Positions 13,509-56,370 of a DNA stretch of 64,000 bases are shown piece after piece. This DNA is from Chrysomallon squamiferum (taxonomy: Eukaryota; Animalia; Mollusca). Within the stretch, counting starts at the first letter, position 1. Each line of letters opens with the position of its first letter. A program made the position numbers and the translations under genes. The notes under the pieces were generated by a model, which saw only the letters and a program-made list of their open reading frames with translations, had not been told where the DNA came from and ran no database searches. The stretch is from assembly GCA_012295275.1 (NCBI GenBank), contig CM022665.1, positions 22,134,001 through 22,198,000 of the forward strand, written 5' to 3'.

Positions 13509-15994
13509 TTAGCATAGTGTATATTTAAAAATGAAAATATCCATTTGTTAAATAAGTAAACACTGTTTATAGATATTCAGTTTAGAAGTGACGGTTTGTT
13601 CTTTTGTAAAGAAATGTTTTTTTTTTTTTTTTTTTTTCACCTTGCCTAGAGTAATATCACTATCTTAACAAGATTAATAAACATTAGATAAATAAAAAAA
13701 ATAATAATAATAAACCGCCCAAAAAACGAAAACCACAAACCTTTTTAGATTCTGAACTTTTTAATTTACCACATTTTTAATGAGTGCGTCTCAAGTATTG
13801 TTATATTTAACACCATGAATTACTGAGACAGTTTTTCAGGTTATTATATACATTTTTATTCTGTTTAAAATGTGTACAAATATATACTGGTATACTGGGC
13901 ACAATTTACAAATATTTTTTTCCGTTTTTAAATTAAATATTGAATGTTAATTGGTTTATTTTTAAAATACATACACTTTTACTTTCTTTTATTTTAAATA
14001 AAGAAAATAACGGAAGTTAACTCTATAAATTTAACTGCATTTCATACAGCAATTCATAATTAAATGGGTCATGTGATTTAAAGTAAAACAATTATTTTTG
14101 TTACTATATTTCAGAGTTACTACAGATTTCAGATTTGAAATTGTGCCCAGCATATTTGTATTTTCTAAGAAAAAATTTCAAATCACATTTGAATTTTTAT
14201 TCAAAGGAAAATGTAATTATAAATAGTTTTTCTTTGGATGATCAAACGTTTAAGTTTTTAATCTTCAATAAATATGTTTTTCTTTTTATTGTGGTCATTG
14301 TTTTGCCTGTGGTAAACTGACTGAATTTAATTTGTTCTACAAACTTTCTTGACTGTGAGAATTTTAGAAGTTAGTACTGTTCCATTTTCTGATTATTTTT
14401 ATAATAAAAAATGTTGAGAATTGTGTTAGAATATGTGGACTCGGAACTTTATTAACAGTTAGCTTTGTTTAGTTTAAAAAAAAGTTTTCAAATCATACAG
14501 TAGAATAGAAAAGATTTTAATTTTTTCTTGTATATAGTTGGGAAGGATGCAGATGATAAAATTAATAACTTTCAAAATCTTCCAATATCATCAGCTTTTT
14601 ATTGAGGACTAATTGTGTTAATGACTGGGTTTTTATTTATTTATTTAATTTTTTTTAAAGATATTTGGATTAGGTTTCAGTTTTGTATCTTAGTTTATGT
14701 AAACATAAGATAATGAACACATGTATGTATGTTTACACTTTATATATCTGGGGTGCTTATTATTTTTTATGATTAAAATGAGGATTTGATTTAAATAGGC
14801 TGTATTATTTCTTTTTGTTCTGAATACAATAATTAATAGTTTAAAGAAAAAAAGCTAAATTTTATTTTTATTTATATCAGTTCATTAATTTTAAATTTAA
14901 TGACAATGTTTATTTTTCTGTTACTTTAGTTATTAATTTGTATATTATTTTGTGGGAAGTAAGGTAAAAATATTGTATAAAAAAAACGAGTTCTTTATTC
15001 ACTATTATTTGTATATTGTTTGTCTGTAATTCTATTATGAATGTGTGTATTAAAATTTTTGTCAGATGCAGTTTTGAAATAAAGTCAGATAAATCTTTAT
15101 TTTGAAGTTGATTTTTAATTACCGGCTGAACCTTTATATAGTTTTTTAATTTTTAATTTTTTTTTGTCTTCGAGAAGGAGATACGTGAAACAAAAACAAA
15201 AAAAAAAAAAAAAAAGGGGGAAAAAAATACTAGTGGCAATAATAAAAATAAAAATTTTGAAAGTGGTATACATTGTAAAACAATGCTGTTTCAGACTTGG
15301 TAATGAGAAAAAATCATGCTGAAATTAATTTTTAAAAATTTTATATATTAATTTAGAGTTGTATTTATATTAGCACTTGTAAAAACAACTTCGGAAATGG
15401 GCAGTTACTTGACCATGTGAAAAATGTTTGTTTTGGGGCAACCATGAGAGCATATAAAAAAAAACCACAAGCCTCCCCCCCCCAACAAAAACAACTTGTG
15501 TGAATGACTAAATGAAAAGCAATAAAAACAGTTTGTGTATGACTAAATGAACTTTGTTCGGTAAACTGCCGTGAAATGGAAGTGATTACATAGTTTTTTA
15601 ATTTCCTCGATTGGTCATGATAGTTTTGGATGCAACATTAAAGGAAATACAAAAAGCTAAACATTTTGTCAGTACAGCCCAGATTAAACTATTATTACAA
15701 CCTATTATAGACAGTGGCGAATTAAAGTTTAGGAGGTAAGCGGGGGTTTCTGAAGCAATATGTAAATGTTTATAATTTGAGAGAGAGTAAATAATAAACT
15801 GATGCGAGTTTAGAGAGAATGATGGGAGGGGTTAGGTACAAAAATACGAAACCTGCCCAGATTCAGATTCAGAAACATAATACGGGCAATCCCCAGTAAA
15901 GAGTTTTATCAAAGATACATCTAACAGTATCTAAACTGGATTTCAAAAACAAGAATAAATATAAATTGAATTCTGGTAAAAGAAAATACACTGG

Positions 15995-16600
15995 GTTAGA
16001 TACAAACATCGTAAATCTAAAAAAAACAACGATAATTTTCTAACAGCTGCCGAAAAGTCACCACTGGTCCGAGGTTCTAATTTTGTTCCCTTCCCAGAAA
16101 CCAAAACTTTTTTAAAAGCATTTCTTGGTAACGACGTAATGGACACAGCTATATCTGAACATGAAACTAAATTAGGTGGTTATTTTAAAGACTTACGTTG
16201 AGAAAAAATTACTGTTCACTGAAAAATCAGGTCCCATCCTTGAAAGATAGATCTTTTAAGTCACAAAAATGTATTTGAAAATGTTCGAAATTTAATAGTT
16301 CATTTGAATAAAGAAAATGTATCTGTTCAGGAACAACGTGCTCTCAACTGTTTACTAAAATCTGCACTAGAGTAATCAAACCGGCTAACGGCAAATGTTA
16401 TTTTATCAAGAGAAAACTACATCCACGAATTCCGTAGACAACTCCACAGTAGAAAATATTACAAAAAAGCCATTTGGCCAACCAGTGGTAATAAACTGTA
16501 TAGAATCATATCTCTTCTATGGAACAGGATCAGATAAATAAAAAACAATTGAACTATCCAGCATTAAGATTTCACTCTTAGACTCGAAAATTCAAAAGCC
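15995..16600 (+). mobile_element. Decayed Penelope-like retroelement fragment (region N-terminal to the RT core)
   Basis: Frameshifted translation gives NIVNL...LTAAEKSPLVRGSNFVPFP, then NVSVQEQRALNCL..VIKPANG..VILSRENYIHEFRRQLHSRKYYKK. These match the PLE motifs vNLS..LT.aE..lL.kGlnF.P.P and NLs.eE..AL..L..IKpADKG..vvi..edYi.e..rqL.d..Y.k. Confidence 0.7.
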
Positions 16601-17781
16601 AAAACAGACCTCATGAGACTCGAACGAGAAGCTTTTCGGAATCGCACGTTACAAATAGAAACCATTTGGAGCAAACGTTGAATCGGGCAAATGTAAAGAG
16701 AGAGATAAAGTAATTTTCCCGATAGTTTACAATCGGCGCAATGTGTTAACTCCAATAGCATCATATCCCGAGATAGCTTACATAAAAACAACAAAAAAAC
16801 AAAACAAACAAAAACAAAAACAAAAACAAAACAAAACAAGTTTAGAGAACATTTTACTCTATACAATTTTCTGAATAATCCCGTCAGAACTCATATAAAG
16901 ACATGTTTTCAGTTGTTTTAAGAATCAATTCATTAAAAGGTGCGGAAATAATTTGAAATGTTTCCAAAGACAGGCTTTTCTAAGAACGCTTTTTTGAGAT
17001 GTCACAGTTTTGTAACATGGAGAAAGATTTATGAAATAGTTTTAAATATATTTTATTTTATTGCATTGTTTATCTGTGTAGTCTCCTGAACACTTCTGTG
17101 TATAATTTTAAAATGATTTTTGTATGTGATTATATATTTTTAAAATGAAGTGGTAAAATAATAAATACTTAGCTAAAAACAAATCAGTACAAGCTAATTA
17201 AAATTAAACTGATCAAAGGACACTGTAATATACATTACATTAGTCAACATACATAGGTACGGACGTGTTTACACACATACATACTTAGGTATGGACGTAC
17301 TTACATACGTACATCAATACTTTGGTACGTATTTTTCAGAATACATGCACACATACATCAATATATATATAATTTACTTGCATATTTACCTAAGTACATA
17401 CTTACGCAAGTGCATTCACACGCAGTTACAAATGCTTACACTAATAAATGTCTACTCAGTCATCTCATCAACAGTTTTATGTGATTTTAAAAATAATAAC
17501 AATAACAATAACAATAAAACTGTAATGGTTAACATGGAACTTTCGTCCATCATCATGAAGATCTATTTTATAATGATTAAAATGTTTATGGATATTTAGA
17601 GAAATATCTGGGTTAAAAATTGAACTCCTGACTTGATGCAAATGTTGTTTGAAAGATTATATGACACCATTACACAAACACGGAAATTGAACAGTTTTAG
17701 GCAAATGGTGTAGACGAAACACTGATTTGAAGTAAGTGTGATTTTCTCCGGAAAACTTTAAAAATGTTCTTTTACTGAAAA

Positions 17782-17813
<32 letters not shown>

Positions 17814-17869
17814 CAGACACTACGACTGCAATATTGTCTTCCTGAATTTCAAAGTGAACGCAGGCACAT

Positions 17870-18040
17870 CGACGTCAATGTCACCGAGCAGCTTTATAAA
17901 CGCCAGTCCATTCAGATGACTCACTGTCACTGTTGATCTGAGGTGGCTGTTCAGATGTCTGAGTCCACTGATGCTTCTCTCTCATTCAGCTGTTGTTGCT
18001 GAAGTGCGGACTGCAGTCACAGCATGATCTGGAGGTTGGG
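17870..18040 (+). promoter_or_regulatory. Candidate distal promoter and non-coding first exon (CRE-like GACGTCA, TATAAA, AP-1 TGACTCA, donor gg|gtaaac)
   Basis: GACGTCA at 17871-17877, TATAAA at 17895-17900, TGACTCA at 17917-17923, then a GC-elevated ~115-nt block ending at a GT donor near 18040. Confidence 0.45.
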
Positions 18041-18671
18041 GTAAACGTCCTGACCGTTAATTTAAAATGAAATTTTTATACTGACATTTCAAGTGTATGT
18101 AACCACACTTCGGTCATGATTCTGTTATACGTTTCTGATTCACTCGCAGTAAAAACCCAACTCCCTTACACTCACCTATCAGTATCTGACATAGAAAACA
18201 AACAAACAAACAAATAATAATAAAACAAAATAATAATAATAAAATAAAATAAAATAAAATAATAAATAATGATAATTCTACGAAAGAATACTAAAAACAA
18301 ATCTGTTACTTACAAATTTTTTTTTTTTTTTTTTTTTGAATTACATTTCGATCACTTTATTACAAAACGACACACTACAGGCAGGTCCGACCCTACAAAT
18401 CCTCTGTCAGTTGGAACGTGTCCAATAGAAGAGAAAACAAAAAAATATACATGAAAACAAAAACTTTCTATTCTTTATTGACTGAGCGTTCCGTGCAACA
18501 AACTGTCTGTATGTGTCATTTTAAACATTTTATTAAGCAGTTTCGCAACAGATGTTAAGATCCGTTTGTTATCTTGTGTTAAATTTCCGTTAATTAGTTA
18601 GTATAAACAAGAATGTCAAATGAATGAATACCTAAGATAGTGTATGTGTCATGTAGTTAGCGGACATTCTC

Positions 18672-18788
18672 TATATATAATCGTGTCACAGTACACTGAG
18701 TTTGGCCTCCTGAAAAACAGACAATCAGCGCTCTTCTGCCGAGATCATTCTGCAAGACTTTTTTTCATCAGCCGGTTACTTGTCCAGA

Positions 18789-18795
<7 letters not shown>
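18672..18795 (+). promoter_or_regulatory. Candidate proximal TATA promoter and first exon of the insulin-like gene, ending ATG AAA G|gtattt
   Basis: TATATATAA at 18672-18680 and a GC-elevated exon-like block; ATG at 18789 splices in frame to the exon at 21129, giving MKG-MNILL. Confidence 0.55.
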
Positions 18796-23080
<4,285 letters not shown>

Positions 23081-23304
23081 GGAAAGACGAAATGACAGAC
23101 ACAGGATCTCACTCTATTCAAACATCATCTTTGACAAACTCCATGAAATTGGTGGATGGGTAGGAAAATACTCCTGTATCTTCACCTAACTGTAACACAG
23201 AAATTTAACTATTTTGCACCATTTCGAATCAACAGCTGAAGTTACGATGGAATCTTCTTCATTAAGCAATCCCTGTTACACAGAACGCAACGTTTCTGTT
23301 TTCT

Positions 23305-23320
23305 AATAAATGAAAATAAA
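23305..23320 (+). terminator. Tandem AATAAA polyadenylation signals of the insulin-like gene
   Basis: AATAAA at 23305 and 23315, about 230 nt after the stop, followed by T-rich sequence. Confidence 0.6.
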
Positions 23321-23514
23321 GTCAGCCAGCACAGTTCATTTATTTATTTTTATCTGTGATTTTTTTTTTTTTTTTTTTTTTCTTTTTTTGAAGAAGATGG
23401 TTTCTTCTTTTCAAACTGATAAAAGTACATAACAATAGAACAAAAATGACCCAGTTTTGATTATATAAAATGCAATATATTCTGTAAATATCAATAATAA
23501 TTGTTAAAAGGTGT

Positions 23515-23546
<32 letters not shown>

Positions 23547-26375
23547 ATATTTTGTTCAGTTTTCCGTTATCCACGTTTATGAATCCGATATTTTAAAGAT
23601 TTTTATATATTTTTTCTAATGGGGGATGAGGGCTAATAAACCACTTTTATATGCATTAATATTGTTTTATGTCAAATCAGTGGTCAGTATTTTAATTTTG
23701 TTTTTCACATGTATTTTTAAAATACTGTTTACAACCATTATTAAACCTATTAACTGTGACTAGCCTATCTGTAATATAGCTGTTATTGGCTATGTCAAGG
23801 TATGTCTTGGTACTTTGTAACGACCGCCATTCCCAGTTACATAACAGCTCTCGAGAAGTAGAAAACCAGGATAAACAGTCTAAAAATAAATTCTACACAG
23901 CGGTACACGGTGACTGCAATCTGTCTACTTCCCAGCTTTCGTTACCTTCGTGAAGACAAAAGTTAACAGCGAGCTGATACTCCACCGCAGAAAACTTATT
24001 AATTAATACAATAAATTCATGGGTACATTGATGAGATCACAATACAGATAGTATAATGATTTAATAACACTTGCAAGCAGTTCATTTTGAAGTTCTTGTC
24101 TTTAACAGCTAATATGTACATTTCCTCTACAATACTTTTTCTCTATATACGAAATTTGTGCTGTACAAACGGACTGTTCAGTTTAATATAAACTAATCCT
24201 AATGCGAGCTGATTAAAACAAAACTAGTTTTATATGATAAAATGAAATAACAACAAAATAAAATAAAACACACATACTTCTGCTCTGTTTTAGAGAAAGA
24301 TACACTTAAAACACAAACAGAACACACGGTAGATAATTTTATTGCGAAAAGCAATTACTCTTTTCTATATTCCAGGAATTTTATAATTCTACGTAACGGA
24401 ACAACTGAAAATAAGATTTTTTTACTTCCCGGATTACTAACAGGATCCGCGAGGACTTGGGATTGGTCTATCTGCGTTGTACAATAAACTGTAGAGTTTG
24501 CTGGCTGATTTTAAAATAATATTTGATTTTTTTTTTTTTTTTTTTTTTGATTTTTGATTGCTTCAGTGTACTTACCTAGCTAGTATTGTGTTTAGAAAAC
24601 AATAACAAACAAATAGCTTACAATATATAATTTATAATTTTTTTCCTTTGCTTCTATTATGAATTTTATTCTGTATCTCGGTATACACGTTTTAGCACAT
24701 TCGATCGGCGTATATCACAGTGAATATTAATGTTCTGTATATTTATTTTATTTCATACTGCACGCAACACGTAGCACTGTCTTTTCTGACATTTTTATTT
24801 AATTTTTTTTTTTTTTTTTTTTTTTTTTTAAGTATGTACATTTGGCATTAGTGTTTCTGGAACGTTCGGGTTTATTAATCTTATCTTCTAATTTTAATTT
24901 TTGTTTACACCTATATTGTCAGGTGATATTAAGTGAACGAAGTCACCGTGACACTTGGTGTAAGGAATGTTAATTGTATTAACCTGTCAACGAGCTTTAA
25001 TACGCTTCATACAAAAGTCAAGGTTAAAAGGAAACGTGTCAATGTTTTATTCATACTGTGACCTACTGCCTATCTCATTAAGTGAGGCAAAACAAAAAAA
25101 AAATTAAAAAAATTAAATAATAATAATAATATTTAATAATAAAAATGATAATAATATTTAATAATAATAATAATAATAATAATATAAAAAGGATTAAAAG
25201 AACTTTAATGGTTAAACATTTAAAATAGATGCAAAATATTTTGTAAATTTTACGATTTTTTCTTTTTGTTTTGTTTTGTTTTTATTTTCTGATAACTGTT
25301 CTGTTGTTTTCTGAATCGCTGTTTGAGAAATGATGCATAATGATAATAATTAATTATATACAAATAACTGATGCTGAATATATCTACTTTGAGTATGACA
25401 AATACACTCAATAATTACGTTGTGTTCGCTAATATTCTATGTTATTTTGTGCGAGATGCATGTTTTGACTGTTTCTTTATATTTTTATCAATAGTAATAT
25501 TTAAAGGACATATATATTAATACTTATATGGATAAATACTTATATACACATTATTATTATCTTTTGTTTTAGACTTGGACAATTTTAGTTTGATTTAGAT
25601 AAAATATAACTTGAAATTCGAAAGATAAAAATATTTAACTACAAGTTAGTTACTTTTTATATTTCTTTTCATTAATTTGTTTATACTCAAGTAAAAAAAA
25701 AAAAAAAAAAAAAAATTCTGAAAAGCAAGAGTTATTAAATAGAAATATACACACACAAGCACACCATACTTAAAAAACCGACATTTAAATAATAATAATA
25801 TTAATTTTTAACAAGAATGTTTGATTATAATTTAATTTCATTTATATTTCTTGAATTATTATTTAAACAGTTGTAAATATTTTCAAGTATTTAATATTTT
25901 ATAGCTTGCTTGTGTTAATAGCAAATTTATTTTAATAAATTAGGAATCCATTTATAGAACATTTTCAGAATTTATTTGGCAAATTTGTTATTAAATATTA
26001 TGAACAGTGTATCTTTGGATTAATCTTTAACGAAACTTTCAGCCGTATCTGAAATGAAATAATTTCTTAAGGCGCGTTTGCACTGCTCGACAAATCGTAC
26101 CAACCTGCATGAGACCACGTGCATCACGTAAAAAATTGTCCAACGTTAATTTGTATTTTGTATTTTATTTTTTCTTTCACGCACAGTATAATACTCTTTA
26201 ATTTTATCAGTACGCTCTTTGTGTATATCTTGATTTCAGTTTGCTTTCCTATAAATATTTATTTAGTCTTGTATTTATTTTAAGTGTATCCATATTCGCA
26301 ATAAAAGAATATAATCTGTTATTGTTTTTGTTTATGTAATTTCATCTCATATATGGATTTTTAAATATTTTTTAG

Positions 26376-26378
<3 letters not shown>

Positions 26379-26457
<79 letters not shown>
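26379..26457. repeat. (GA)n microsatellite
   Basis: Directly visible. Confidence 0.95.
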
Positions 26458-26463
<6 letters not shown>

Positions 26464-27328
26464 AAAAGAAAAGAACGGTTGATCATTGCTATCATTATAA
26501 TTTATTACTGCTGTTGTTGTTGTTGTTGTTGTTGTTATTAAATATTTTATCACTATATAATCGTCGCGGATGTTATAAATATGTTAAACTTCTTTTTATT
26601 CAGAATAAATACTTTAAAAAAAAAAAATTATCTTATACTTTTGCATCTTAAACAACAAATTATATTTTATCAAACCACGGTATTTATTTAGTAAAAACAA
26701 CCACAAACAATGCACAGCATTTCTGCTGGCCTCTGCTTTTTATATTTAACAAAACCACAGAAAATTAAGGTCAAAGTTCAAAGAATCTCTCTGATGTCCG
26801 GCTTCAACCTTTCATAATTAAAGAAAATTAAAATAGTGATTTTCAAAGTTAATAAATTCGTATGTTTGTGACCATTTCAGATGAATAAACTCTGAATATA
26901 AATAATGTGACAATCTTGACCACCGAAATAAATTAATTATAAAAAAGAAAAAAAAGAAAATATAATGGTGATGATAATAATCATACTAATAATACAAATA
27001 CATTTGATAAGGTGGATATTATAAGAATTAACCCATATTTCTGGATTTTTCTGGACAAAGGCATAATATATACCAAAAATATCACATAAATAATGAAATG
27101 TAAAAAATGAAATTACATTTTTCAGATACAAATTAATCTACTTCTAAAGCCGTTTTTCTGGAAACCAGATACATGGCCAAGTACCTGTAATAACAGGAAC
27201 TGTTTGAGAGAAATTATAAAAATATAGAGAGGAAACCAGCCTCTCATAATTCACAATGTACAATGTCAGAGAATGTTTGTTTTTTTCTTTCACTCTAGCT
27301 GCTTCGCGTCTATTACAGTGACTTGTAA

Positions 27329-51729
<24,401 letters not shown>

Positions 51730-52008
51730 TTCAGAGAACGAAAAACTAACACCGGTTCACCCGTCAGATTTTCTTAGATGACTAAGTATTAGATCTCAGC
51801 ACATCGTTATTTTCAATATCGTGGCTGCAGATGGCCATCTCAAGGTATTGCCTGAAGTCTGGAAATACAAAGAAAAATCTTCACTGACCCAATTTACGAC
51901 TGTTTATAGGGCCGCACAGTACAACATTAAATTATAATTACATACAGGTTCCATGATAAAGAAAAGGAGGTCTAACTAAATTTATTTGTAAATTTAAAAT
52001 ACTACTAG

Positions 52009-52049
<41 letters not shown>

Positions 52050-52293
52050 ATAATAATAATAATAATAATATTATCATATTATCAAATAGTGAAAATTTTA
52101 TCATATTATTATCACTATTTCTCTTCGCTCTTAACAAATTTATCACTATCTTTGCAGTGTTCTTGAAAAACTGTATATGAATATCCTGTGGAAATATTCC
52201 ATATTTTTTTATTTTATGATCTTCGTCCTATCCAAACCAACACCACCTTACACACACACATAGAAATACAAACACGCACACACACATCAACAG

Positions 52294-52326
<33 letters not shown>

Positions 52327-52330
52327 CACA

Positions 52331-52346
52331 CACACATACACACAAA

Positions 52347-52416
<70 letters not shown>
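52331..52416. repeat. (GA)n microsatellite
   Basis: Directly visible. Confidence 0.95.
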
Positions 52417-52422
<6 letters not shown>

Positions 52423-53239
52423 AAACCTATACACAAAACCAGTACACAAACCTCCAAAATCCGTAAAAAAAATAAAAATAATAATAAATAAATAAATAAT
52501 AAAAATAAAACTACCAAAAAAACCCAACAACAAACAAACACAAAAATAAACAAATAGTGACCACAGCTACTACTACTACAACAACAAAAACAACAAATAA
52601 AGCGTATCACAGACATCAGGTAGCAGTCAGTATAAAAATGAACTGAAATATCCTTAAACATTTAATTTTATTTTTTTCTCCAAAACTGAAGAAAAGGATC
52701 ATTATGAAAGACGGAAATAAATTTATTCAGTAAATACTGAAGATATAAATGCAGACATGAAGTTAATGTTAACACAATCATTTGGTTTCTAGTAAATAAT
52801 TTTATAACTTATTCTTTACAACAACAAAAATTAATAATAGGTAGTCCTCATTTTTCTAAGACTCTGTTACTGATTATATCAGCGGCTGGGTTCAAGATTA
52901 ATGGACTCGAATTTTCTATAAATATGTTTTGCATTTGTAATGGTGACGGTTTAATTACATATACGTTTTCATTCAGTTAATAAAGGTTAGTTATATAACT
53001 GTTAAAGAATCTTTAATTATTATATATGCATTTTATATCAGTTTTGTTTAGAATTTAATTTCTGATTAATATTTTTAACGTGGTTTTCAGTCGAAGATGC
53101 GTGCACAGAATCTCGAGCATTTCACATAATAAATGTATTTGCTATGAAAATGAATTTATTCTGTTTTATGTTCCAGGAAATTAAATGCCTCAAATACAGG
53201 TGATGTGTGTGATTAGATGTCGTTAATAAAAATAATAAC

Positions 53240-53840
53240 TGAGCTATTCCCTGTAATATAGGGCTTACCGACAGCAGTCAATCTATCACAGACAATCCAG
53301 TAGCTGAATGATCTCATTCAGATAACACATTCTCCTCAGATTCCTAGCGACAAGTGTTCTGTGACAAATCTCTTTATTATACTGTGATAAATGTATTGTG
53401 AATCAAATCTCTTAATTATGCCCTAAGAGAGCGTACTGTGAAACAAATCGTTTAATTATACTCTGAGATAGGTGCACCGTGAAACACATCTCTTTATTTT
53501 ATCCTGATATTGGTGGTCTGTGAAACAAATTTCTTAACTATACCCTGATTGGAGTATTTAGAAATAAGTTTTGTATTATACCCTAAGACAAGTTTACTGT
53601 AAAACAATTTTTTTAATTATTATTATACCCGGAAATTATGTGTAGTGTTTACAATTTTATTAATTTATTTTTTATATTTTTTTTATATTCTAAGCAGAGA
53701 TCAATGAATGTGAAACAAATCTCTGAATTATACCCTGAGTTAGATGTACTGTGAAATAAATGCCTGTGTTTGACCTCGATACAAATCTGATATTCTACTC
53801 CAAACAGGTTTACTGTGAAGCAGATTTCCATGCATACTGA
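53240..53840. repeat. Degenerate ~40-bp tandem repeat (tgtgaaacaaatctcttaattataccctgagataggtgtac-like)
   Basis: tgtgaaacaaatc and ttataccct recur at about 40-bp spacing. Confidence 0.8.
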
Positions 53841-54167
53841 AAAGACTAACATTTCTGCGATAAAATTTTGAAATACGTTTAAGTGGTAACAGTCAGCCAC
53901 GATTATACTGTCAGATATTATATATTCTTGCTCTTTTATTCATTCATTTATTTATATGCTGATGCATCTTTCTCCAGTCCATACTTTGGCAGTTAACTAA
54001 ATGGACTAATAAAGACATTAATAATTGAATATACCTAGGTACATTCAGTACACAGTTCTGTTAACTTGCATTTTACAAACTGATCAGTATTTATGCTGTT
54101 GTTGCTGTCATTACGTGTGTCACAGGGTGATGGTGTTGTGTTGTTGTTGTTGTTACTGTTTTCACTA

Positions 54168-54217
<50 letters not shown>

Positions 54218-54972
54218 GATTTCAAAACGATTTAAATTTTAAGTACAGTATTGATTACGTTCTCTCGTTGCTTCTGATGACGCAGGTTTGTCATCATTAT
54301 CATCATCATCATCATCACCACCTTCTTCTTTATCCACATTATCAGTTTCCAAAGGATTTTCGTTATTAATCATTCTTGCTTCTTCTTTTGTTGTCAAAAG
54401 GTCATAACATAAAAAGTTTCGTTAATGCCACACTGTGCATGCTTTTAGGAATTTATTTATCGCGTACCAACATACATTTCAGTCTAAATCAATAGGTACA
54501 GGCAGACATCGATAAACCGGATACAGAAAGCGGCCATCTTGAAGCTAATCAGCTCATCTCCACTGTATTAGTTTTCTTTTCTTTTTTTCTCCATCACTTA
54601 ATCGGTGCATCAAAGCCAGACTGGACTATAATGATATACTTAAGGCAACGATGATTCCATGAGTAAATTCAGAATAGCGATGATTCCAAGAATTGCATTA
54701 ATTATCTGGAAACATCTCACGATGAAGTACCTACCTGCACTTTTTCTTCTCTTTAATTACACTTAAACAGGCATACTTCAATAGACTACAGAGAGTCTGC
54801 GTCTTCACATCAATGGACTCGCATTTTACAACCATTTTTATTCCTTGCACCACCCTGTAAAAAATATGGACCCAACCCGAATTTTTAGCGAATGTTAGAT
54901 TACGTTTGAGGAACAAAACCATGATGAAAAGAGAAAACTCTCTGTTTTGAATGATTTTTTCTCATAGTTTAA

Positions 54973-55026
<54 letters not shown>

Positions 55027-55985
55027 AATAAATAAATAAATAACTGTAAGAAGAAACAAGAACGTTGTTTCTGGCCTTTATCAAATCAGTTTTAATCGTC
55101 AGTAATTGTATGGTTTGTGTTTGTTTTCTGTTGTTGTTGGTTGTTTTTTGTTGTTGTTTTTTGTTTGTTTTTGTTTGTTTGTTTTGGGGTTTTTTAAGAA
55201 ACAGATAATTTTCAACAGCTGACAATTATTCTGTTAGCTTTGAAAGTTTACGTTAAAAAATCGGGACAGTAAATTAATAAAAATTATTTAAATAAACAAA
55301 GTAGTAGTAGTAGAAATAATAGTAGTAAAAGTAGCAGCAATAACAGAACGGAGGAGGTTGTACTGGTAATGTCAGCAGACGTGTCAAAAACATTTACTGT
55401 AGAACTACAACTACCACAATAGCATCAACAATAACAACAACACCATCAATACTAATAATAATAATAAGAAGAAGAAGAATCGACATTGTCATAATATTAA
55501 ATTAGTATTACTATTATTGCTACTGTCATCATCATCATCATCATCATCATCATAACCATTATAAAATAGCGAGATCACTGATCTAACTGAAACAGTATAT
55601 GTGAAATGATAACAAGAAGATAATGCCTTCTGTGATTAAAAAAAAGCGCTGAATCGTGAGTAAAAAGACTGATAACGTAGCTTAATGCAATATGTAAACA
55701 CCAAGAGTACTATCGATCAGTAAAATAAATAACCGGGGAGTCTGTGTCAAAATATCCCCAGGCTGTACACTGCGAGTCTTTAAAAAAACGTAAAAAAAAA
55801 AAAAAAAAAAAAAAAAAAACGTCACTCACTAGCAGAACAGTATACTGCAGTCGGGATAAGTAAATCAGGAAAATGCTTTTAAAGCAAACGAGGACAGCAT
55901 TCCCATTTAGAATTCATGCTCCATTCACAGTGCAGAAACCCTGTTTGAACAGAAATCGATAAACAAAAAATGATTCTGGAAGATG

Positions 55986-56043
<58 letters not shown>

Positions 56044-56235
56044 CCATTTCATTTGGTATGGTCGTTGTTGTTGTTGTTGTTATCAGACTCGGAGTGAAGA
56101 GTGTTCCTATATTTAAATTTTGCATAACATATGTTAGTATATGAATTTGTGTTTGTATGTATCTGTCTGGTTCAGCTTGTGTGTGAGTGTGTGTTTGTGC
56201 GTGTGTGTATGAGATTTGATAGAGCATCAGAGACA

Positions 56236-56370
<135 letters not shown>

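Noticed and set aside
23321-27328. Searched the gap between the insulin-like gene and KCNQ1, and 13000-17800, for further insulin-family paralogues
   Set aside because: No CC-x3-C-x8-C or C-x11-C exon was seen by eye on either strand; tBLASTn would be needed to exclude divergent copies.
54731-54922. 63-aa minus-strand ORF ending at a donor-like cag|gtaggt upstream of KCNQ1
   Set aside because: No homology, and it cannot extend the KCNQ1 frame because an in-frame TGA precedes the ATG at 51729; at most an unsupported 5'UTR exon.
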